From NCBI RefSeq assembly GCF_000007145.1, contig NC_003902.1, forward strand, positions 3,446,497-3,478,496: a stretch of DNA of 32,000 nt. The letters are read 5' to 3'. The DNA is from Xanthomonas campestris pv. campestris str. ATCC 33913. GTDB taxonomy: Bacteria; Pseudomonadota; Gammaproteobacteria; Xanthomonadales; Xanthomonadaceae. The position numbers and the translations under genes were made by a program. The notes under the pieces were generated by a model. That model did not search any database. It was given only the letters and a program-made list of their open reading frames with translations, and had not been told where the DNA came from. Shown here piece after piece: positions 26,480 to 32,000 of this stretch. Within the stretch, counting starts at the first letter, position 1; each line of letters starts with the position of its first letter.

Positions 26480-28516
26480 TCACGCCGGCAGCTTGAAGTC
26501 GGCAACCGAACGGCGCAGATCGGCCGCCAGCTGGGCCAGATTGCCGATCGACGCGGCCGTCTTGCCTGCACCCTGCGAGGTCTGACTGGTGATCTGACGG
26601 ATCACGCCCATGGTCTGTGTGATGTCCGCCGCCGCAGCGGACTGCTGGTGCGCGGCGATGGAGATGTTCTTGATCAAGTTGTTCAGTGCGTTGGACACGC
26701 GCTCGATTTCGGTCAGCGCGGTGCCGGCGTCTTCGGCCAGGCGTGCACCGGACACCACTTCGGAGGTGGTCTGCTCCATCGAGCTGACCGCTTCGTTGGT
26801 ATCGGCCTGAATGGTCTGGACCAGGCCTTCGATGCGTCGGGTCGCACTGGAGGTGCGTTCTGCCAGGCGTTGCACTTCGTCGGCCACGACCGCGAAACCG
26901 CGACCGGCCTCGCCTGCCGAGGCGGCCTGCACCGCGGCGTTGAGCGCCAGGATGTTGGTCTGCTCGGAAATGTCGTTGATCAGTTCCACGATCGAGCCGA
27001 TTTCCTGCGAAGACTCGCCCAGGCGCTTGATGCGCTTGGAGGTTTCCTGGATCTGGTCGCGGATCTGGTCCATGCCCTGGATCGTCTCGCGCACCACGCC
27101 GGCACCCTCGGCGGCGATCACCACCGAGCGCTGCGCCACTTCGGCCGACTCGGTGGAGTTGCGCGACACCTGCTCAATACTGGCGGCGATTTCGCTGATG
27201 CGCTCGGAAGCGGTGGTGATCTGGTTGGCCTGCTGGCCGGCCGCATCGGCCAGCTGCATTGCAGTGGCCTGGGTTTCCTCGGTCGACACGGCCACCTTGG
27301 CCGAGGTGTCGTTGATCGTGGTCACCAGGTGGCGCAGCTCGTCCACGGCGTAGTTGATTGCGTCGGCGATGGCGCCGGTCATGTCCTCGGTCACCGAGGC
27401 CTTCACGGTCAGGTCGCCCTCACCGAGCGAGCTGATTTCGTCCAGCAACCGCATGATGGCCTGCTGGTTACGGCTATTGAATTCCACCTGTGACTGGTAG
27501 CGCACGTCCTGCTCGCGCGAGCGCGCACGCACCGTACTCCACACGAATCCGATAATCGCCAGCAGCGCCAGCAAACCGGAGACCACGCCCAGCCAGAAGT
27601 TAGGGAACAGGCGCGTGTCGCGCACCGAACCGAACGCGGAGAATGCGTCGAACAGCTTCTTGCTGTCGTCGAGCATCTTGCTCGAGCCGGCGGTCAGCGC
27701 CGCGGCCGAGGACTGCGCGGCGAACAGATTGCGCGAGCTGGCCAGAATGGCGTCGACGTCCTTCTTCATCGTCGTCCACTGCGCCTGCGACTGCTCCAGT
27801 GCCGACAGCGCGGCCGGGTTACGCACCGCGGCAATGCCGAGTTCGTCGTTACCGGCTCGCAGGCCCTCAAGCATCTGCGTGAACACCACCGAGTCGCGTG
27901 CCAGCGCGTCGCCCGAGGACGCCGCATTGGCGCCACCAGCGCGCATTTCGGTCACCCGGCGCGCCATGGTGCCGGCGACCACGACCTGCTGCAGCGTGTT
28001 GTAGATCTGCGACGCGGGCGCGCCGCTGACAGTCATCGCGCGCACCACTTCGTTCAACTGCGCCTGCAGCTGCGGCACGCTGCCGGAGAAGCGGTCGGCA
28101 TTGCCGGCCAGGCCGAGCACGGCCGGTTCGCTGGCGATCACCTGGTCGGCGTTCTTGCTCAGCGGCACCCAGGTCGACTTGAGTTGCGCCATCGCGCCAG
28201 AGACCGAGCCTTCCTGGCCGTAGCGGCCATCCAGTTCGCTCACTGTGCTGTCGATGCGGCCCTTGGTCTCCTTGAACGCGGCATAGGCCTTGGCGTCACC
28301 GGAGACCGCTTCGCGGCCCTGGTTGGCCAGCTGTTGCGAGAGCACCTGCAGGTCGGCCGCGCCGGTGCTGGCACCGGCCAGGCGGCTGCCTTGCCAGGTG
28401 GCGACGCCGGTATTGGCGCCGAACACGATCATCGACAACACCAGCAGGCCAAGCCAGAAGCTGGTACTGACGCTGCCGAGCTTATTGGTCTTGCGGGCGT
28501 CCGGGGCGGTACTCAT
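26480..28516 (-). CDS. pilJ: Methyl-accepting chemotaxis-type transducer PilJ, 678 aa
   Basis: N-terminal TM helix plus a PilJ-type periplasmic region, then a second TM helix and HAMP. Highly conserved MCP signalling hairpin (IVELINDISEQTNILALNAAVQAASAGEAGRGFAVVADEVQRLAERT). The ATG at 28516 is preceded by GAGG. Confidence 0.93.
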   Translation of the reverse strand: MSTAPDARKTNKLGSVSTSFWLGLLVLSMIVFGANTGVATWQGSRLAGASTGAADLQVLSQQLANQGREAVSGDAKAYAAFKETKGRIDSTVSELDGRYGQEGSVSGAMAQLKSTWVPLSKNADQVIASEPAVLGLAGNADRFSGSVPQLQAQLNEVVRAMTVSGAPASQIYNTLQQVVVAGTMARRVTEMRAGGANAASSGDALARDSVVFTQMLEGLRAGNDELGIAAVRNPAALSALEQSQAQWTTMKKDVDAILASSRNLFAAQSSAAALTAGSSKMLDDSKKLFDAFSAFGSVRDTRLFPNFWLGVVSGLLALLAIIGFVWSTVRARSREQDVRYQSQVEFNSRNQQAIMRLLDEISSLGEGDLTVKASVTEDMTGAIADAINYAVDELRHLVTTINDTSAKVAVSTEETQATAMQLADAAGQQANQITTASERISEIAASIEQVSRNSTESAEVAQRSVVIAAEGAGVVRETIQGMDQIRDQIQETSKRIKRLGESSQEIGSIVELINDISEQTNILALNAAVQAASAGEAGRGFAVVADEVQRLAERTSSATRRIEGLVQTIQADTNEAVSSMEQTTSEVVSGARLAEDAGTALTEIERVSNALNNLIKNISIAAHQQSAAAADITQTMGVIRQITSQTSQGAGKTAASIGNLAQLAADLRRSVADFKLPA

Positions 28517-28555
28517 GGTTCGACCTCGATCTGTATGACGTGGCGGGGTCGCGGC

Positions 28556-29086
28556 TTAGGCCGCGGCCTGCCGGAATTCAGGAGTGCGTGACAGCAACGC
28601 CAGGGAGAACACACCCCAGTCCTGCGTCTCGTTGCGGAAAGCACGGTCGATGAAGTGGGCGTAGCGGCCTTGCGCCAACTCGCCCGGTTCGACCGCCTGC
28701 GCCTGTTCGAAGCTGCGCTGGCCGTACAGCTCATCGATGGTCAGCGCGACGTCGCCGCCGCTCTGACGCATGATCAGCACGCGCTGGCCTTCCTGCAGCA
28801 CCGTGCGCCGGCCCTCCAGGAACTGCTTCAGATCGATCACCGGGAACAGGTTGCCGCGCAGGTTGCCCACGCCCAGCAGCCAGGGTTGCGCGCCCGGCAC
28901 CGGCGTCACCGGCGGCATCGGCACGATTTCGGCGACTTCGCGGAAATCCGAGACCAGCCGGCGGGTGCCAACGCGATACCCCACGCCACGCCAGATATCG
29001 GCCGAGAACTGACGTTCGGGCAGCGGCGTGGCATGCGCAAGGCTACGGCGCTCGTAGTCTTCGAGAATGTCGAATGGAGAACGCAT
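28556..29086 (-). CDS. pilI: CheW-like coupling protein PilI, 176 aa
   Basis: CheW-domain pattern (VGYRVGTRRLVSDFREVAEIVPMPPVTPVPGAQPWLLGVGNLRGNLFPVIDL). The ATG at 29086 shares one base with the pilH TGA (TGATG). The track ORF begins one codon earlier at a TTG. Confidence 0.88.
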   Translation of the reverse strand: MRSPFDILEDYERRSLAHATPLPERQFSADIWRGVGYRVGTRRLVSDFREVAEIVPMPPVTPVPGAQPWLLGVGNLRGNLFPVIDLKQFLEGRRTVLQEGQRVLIMRQSGGDVALTIDELYGQRSFEQAQAVEPGELAQGRYAHFIDRAFRNETQDWGVFSLALLSRTPEFRQAAA

Positions 29087-29448
29087 CAACGCACCAGTTG
29101 TTTGATGCGCGCGATCAGATCGTCCTCGCGCGGCGGCTTGACGATGTAGTCACTTGCACCCTGCCGCAATCCCCAGGCCTTGTCCGTTTCCATGCCCTTG
29201 GTGCTGACCAGCAGCACGGGGATGTCCTTGGTTGCCTGATCGCGCGCAAGTGCACGTGTGGCTTGGAAGCCGCTCATGCCGGGCAGCACCACATCCATCA
29301 GCACCAGATCGGGCGCCTGGCTGCGAATCAGCTCAAGTCCCTCTTCGGCGTTGTCGGTGGCGACGACCGTATGGCCAGCTTTTTCCAGCCATTGACTGAA
29401 GACTGCCCGGTCGGTGGGCGAGTCCTCGATCAATATGATTCGAGCCAT
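29086..29448 (-). CDS. pilH: CheY-like single-domain response regulator PilH, 120 aa
   Basis: MARIILIEDSPTDR...DLVLMDVVLPGMSGF...LLVSTKG...YIVKP carries the complete receiver signature (DD-like pocket, D, T/S, K). A GGGGGAAAGG SD lies upstream. Confidence 0.9.
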   Translation of the reverse strand: MARIILIEDSPTDRAVFSQWLEKAGHTVVATDNAEEGLELIRSQAPDLVLMDVVLPGMSGFQATRALARDQATKDIPVLLVSTKGMETDKAWGLRQGASDYIVKPPREDDLIARIKQLVR

Positions 29449-29465
29449 GTTGCCTTTCCCCCTGG

Positions 29466-29867
29466 TCAGGCGTTGACGTACGTACGGATCGCGCTCAGTA
29501 GTTCTTCACGGGTGAATGGCTTGGTCAGATATTGCTCGGAGCCGACGATGCGGCCGCGTGCCTTGTCAAACAGGCCATCCTTGGAAGACAACATGATCAC
29601 CGGCGTCGACTTGAAGAGCTGGTTGCCCTTGATCAACGCGCACGTCTGGTACCCATCCAGGCGCGGCATCATGATGTCCACGAAAATGATCTGAGGTTGC
29701 TGGTCCGCAATTTTGGCCAGTGCCTCGAATCCGTCCGTCGCTGTCACCACTTCACAGCCTTCGCGCTTGAGCAGCGTTTCGGCAGTGCGGCGAATGGTCT
29801 TCGAATCATCGATAACCATCACCTTCAGTCCTGCGAGTTCCCCACCCGCAGCCATGTTTTCAGTCAT
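29466..29867 (-). CDS. pilG: CheY-like response regulator PilG, 133 aa
   Basis: MTENMAAGGELAGLKVMVIDDSKTIRR...IIFVDIMMPRLDGY...IMLSSKDG...YLTKP. It is the first gene of the cluster. The ATG at 29867 is preceded by GGGGA. The 159-aa track ORF starting at 29945 is an extension. Confidence 0.9.
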   Translation of the reverse strand: MTENMAAGGELAGLKVMVIDDSKTIRRTAETLLKREGCEVVTATDGFEALAKIADQQPQIIFVDIMMPRLDGYQTCALIKGNQLFKSTPVIMLSSKDGLFDKARGRIVGSEQYLTKPFTREELLSAIRTYVNA

Positions 29868-29926
29868 GCAAATATCCCCGGGCGCGCGACGCTTCATCCC
29901 TTCCGACGTCGCTACGAAACTACATG

Positions 29927-29955
29927 TATATCCCAAGACCCGCATCGACTGTCAA
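29927..29955 (-). promoter_or_regulatory. Candidate sigma-70 promoter of pilG
   Basis: On the minus strand there is a perfect TTGACA (29955-29950), a 17-nt spacer, then GATATA (29932-29927). This lies about 60 nt upstream of the pilG ATG in the pilG/gshB divergent spacer. Confidence 0.3.
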
Positions 29956-30104
29956 GGGTGCGTTGCCGGGCCCCCGCCAGGCGGACGTTCCGACCGCAGC
30001 AGGGCGCCCTTGGACCGGGAAGTCGCGCATTCGCAACCCGCCGGGCGCGCCATCGCCCACCGCTTGAAGTTACCATCGGCAGCTTGTTCTAAAGGTTTAG
30101 CCCC

Positions 30105-31055
30105 ATGTCGCTCGACGTCGTTGTGGTGATGGATCCCATCGCCTCCATCAAGATCGCCAAAGACACCACCTTCGCCATGTTGCTGGAAGCCCAGCGCCGT
30201 GGTCACCGCCTGCATTATGTGCGCCCCGGCGGACTCAGCCTGCATGAAGGACGCGCCGTGGCGCAGGTCGCGCCGCTGAGCGTGCGCGAGGACAAGGCCA
30301 GCTGGTTCACCCTGGGCGCGTTCACCGAGCTGGTGTTTGGTCCCGGCCAGGTGGTGCTGATGCGCAAGGACCCGCCGGTGGATGCCGAGTTCATCTACGA
30401 CACCCAGGTGCTGGCCGTGGCGCAGCGCGCCGGTGCCCAGGTGGTCAACGACCCGCAGGGCCTGCGCGACTACAACGAGAAGCTGGCCGCGCTGCTGTTC
30501 CCGCAGTGCTGCCCGCCGACCCTGGTCAGCCGCGACGCGGCCGCGCTGAAGGCGTTCGTGCTCGCACATGGCCAGGCGGTGCTCAAGCCGCTGGACGGCA
30601 TGGGCGGGCGCTCGATCTTCCGCAGCGGCACCGGCGACCCCAATCTCAACGTGATCCTGGAAACGCTGACCGATGGCGGCCGCAAGCTGACCCTGGCGCA
30701 GCGCTTCATCCCCGACATCACTGCCGGCGACAAGCGCATCCTGCTGGTGGACGGCGAGCCGGTGGACTACTGCCTGGCACGCATCCCGCAGGGCGACGAG
30801 TTCCGCGGCAACCTGGCCGCCGGCGGCCGCGGCGAAGGCCGCCCGCTGTCCGAGCGCGACCGTTGGATCGCCGCGCAGGTGGGCCCGGAAATGAAACGCC
30901 GCGGCATGCGCTTCGTGGGCCTGGACGTGATCGGCGATTACCTCACCGAAGTCAACGTCACCAGCCCCACCTGCGTGCGTGAGCTGGATGCGCAGTTCGG
31001 GCTCAATATTGCCGGGCTGCTGTTCGATGCGATCGAGGCCGGCACCGCGCAATGA
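30105..31055 (+). CDS. gshB: Glutathione synthetase GshB, 316 aa
   Basis: MSLDVVVVMDPIASIKIAKDTTFAMLLEAQRRGH... and the ATP-grasp region (VLKPLDGMGGRSIF, DKRILLVDGEP, ARIPQGDEFRGNLAAGG, GLDVIGDYLTEVNVTSP) are characteristic of prokaryotic GshB. Confidence 0.93.
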   Translation: MSLDVVVVMDPIASIKIAKDTTFAMLLEAQRRGHRLHYVRPGGLSLHEGRAVAQVAPLSVREDKASWFTLGAFTELVFGPGQVVLMRKDPPVDAEFIYDTQVLAVAQRAGAQVVNDPQGLRDYNEKLAALLFPQCCPPTLVSRDAAALKAFVLAHGQAVLKPLDGMGGRSIFRSGTGDPNLNVILETLTDGGRKLTLAQRFIPDITAGDKRILLVDGEPVDYCLARIPQGDEFRGNLAAGGRGEGRPLSERDRWIAAQVGPEMKRRGMRFVGLDVIGDYLTEVNVTSPTCVRELDAQFGLNIAGLLFDAIEAGTAQ

Positions 31056-31927
31056 GCACGGCCGCGGCCTTGCCTGCACCGATGGACGAACGCCAGCGTC
31101 TGACCGCGACGCTGGTGATCTCGCTGCTGCTGCATGGCCTGCTGATCCTGGGTGTGGGCTTTGCGGTGAGCGAAGACGCACCGCTGGTGCCCACCCTGGA
31201 TGTGATCTTCAGCCAGACCAGCACCCCGCTGACGCCCAAGCAGGCCGACTTCCTGGCCCAGGCCAACCAGCAGGGCGGCGGCAACCACGACACCGCGCAG
31301 CGCCCGCGCGACAGCCAACCGGGCGTGGTACCGCAAGACCGCAACGGGCTGGCGCCGCAGGCGCAGCGCGCCACCACCGTGCAGGCGCCCTTGCCGACGC
31401 AGACGCGGGTGGTGTCCAGCCGCCGCGGCGAACAGGCCGTGCCGACGCCACAACCCAATCCGCAGACCGACCCGCTCTCGCCTGCCGACGCGCAACGCGT
31501 GCAGCGCGATGCCGAGATGGCGCGGCTGGCGGCCGAGGTGCATCTGCGCTCGGAGCAGTACGCCAAGCGCCCCAACCGCAAGTTCGTCTCTGCCAGCACC
31601 CGCGAGTACGCCTACGCGAACTATCTGCGTGCCTGGGTGGACCGCGCCGAACGGGTCGGCAACCTCAATTACCCTGACGAAGCGCGCCGCCGCCGGCTAG
31701 GCGGCAAGGTGGTAATCACCGTTGGCGTGCGCCGCGACGGCAGCGTGGAAAGCAGCCGCGTACTGGTCTCCAGCGGCACCCCGGTGCTGGATGCGGCCGC
31801 CTTGCGGGTGGTGCAACTGGCACAGCCGTTTCCGCCGCTGCCGCGCAGCAAGGACGATGTCGACATCCTGCAGGTCACCCGGACCTGGTTGTTCCTGCCC
31901 GGCGGCGAATTGCACGACGACCGCTGA
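31052..31927 (+). CDS. tonB: TonB family energy-transducer protein, 291 aa
   Basis: N-terminal TM anchor (LTATLVISLLLHGLLILGVGF), a Pro/Gln-rich spacer and a TonB C-terminal domain (YPDEARRRRLGGKVVITVGVRRDGSVESSRVLVSSGTPVLDAAALRVVQLAQPFPPLP). The ATG overlaps the gshB stop (ATGA). Confidence 0.85.
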   Translation: MSTAAALPAPMDERQRLTATLVISLLLHGLLILGVGFAVSEDAPLVPTLDVIFSQTSTPLTPKQADFLAQANQQGGGNHDTAQRPRDSQPGVVPQDRNGLAPQAQRATTVQAPLPTQTRVVSSRRGEQAVPTPQPNPQTDPLSPADAQRVQRDAEMARLAAEVHLRSEQYAKRPNRKFVSASTREYAYANYLRAWVDRAERVGNLNYPDEARRRRLGGKVVITVGVRRDGSVESSRVLVSSGTPVLDAAALRVVQLAQPFPPLPRSKDDVDILQVTRTWLFLPGGELHDDR

Positions 31928-32000
31928 GCGTGCATCCGCGAGGGGCTGAATGGGCACTGCCTGGGCACGCGCTGCTGGTCAATCGGTAGCGTCTTGATGA

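Noticed and set aside
29952-31181. A 409-aa minus-strand ORF antisense to gshB, and similar antisense or off-frame ORFs (e.g. 10787-11962 +, 16773-17537 +, 835-1743 -, 12970-14202 -, 14248-15216 -, 18176-19519 +)
   Set aside because: All overlap genes with strong family signatures on the other strand or frame and have Arg/Ala/Gly-biased nonsense-like translations. They are GC-driven artefacts.

Overview
This is a high-GC chromosomal window. Gene content and synteny suggest a Xanthomonadaceae-like gammaproteobacterium, which is an inference and not a database result. I support 25 coding regions plus several repeats, hairpins and regulatory candidates. Left end: the tail of a type I restriction-modification operon (hsdS 3' end, hsdR, and a translationally coupled HExxH/DUF45-type gene). 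It is followed by a lower-GC spacer with a 7-bp tandem repeat array, a small Shine-Dalgarno (SD)-preceded ORF and a lone RebB (R-body / killing-trait) homologue. Middle: a secreted BNR/Asp-box sialidase-like protein, then a minus-strand run of Tat-exported glycosylasparaginase, cutC, cytochrome P450, sulfotransferase and sulfotransferase. The P450 and sulfotransferases have overlapping stop/start codons and atypical codon usage, and the P450 seems to lack its N-terminal ~75-80 residues. Next comes a vWA lipoprotein, an ECF sigma factor and a 628-aa Ala/Pro-rich single-pass membrane protein carrying an in-frame (GACAGC)7 repeat, followed by a GNAT acetyltransferase. Right half: a complete Pil-Chp type IV pilus chemosensory cluster (pilG-pilH-pilI-pilJ-chpA/pilL-chpB-chpC) with divergent gshB-tonB. 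The cluster has no pilK/cheR, its ChpB has degenerate-looking receiver and esterase motifs, and ChpA carries a ~1.6-kb lysine-free acidic linker. I recognised no rRNA, tRNA, CRISPR array, transposase or integrase. The best candidates for undescribed biology are the P450 plus two-sulfotransferase operon, the vWA/ECF/Ala-Pro-rich membrane module, and the apparently adaptation-less Pil-Chp system. All functional calls rest on motif recognition by eye and need HMM/BLAST confirmation.
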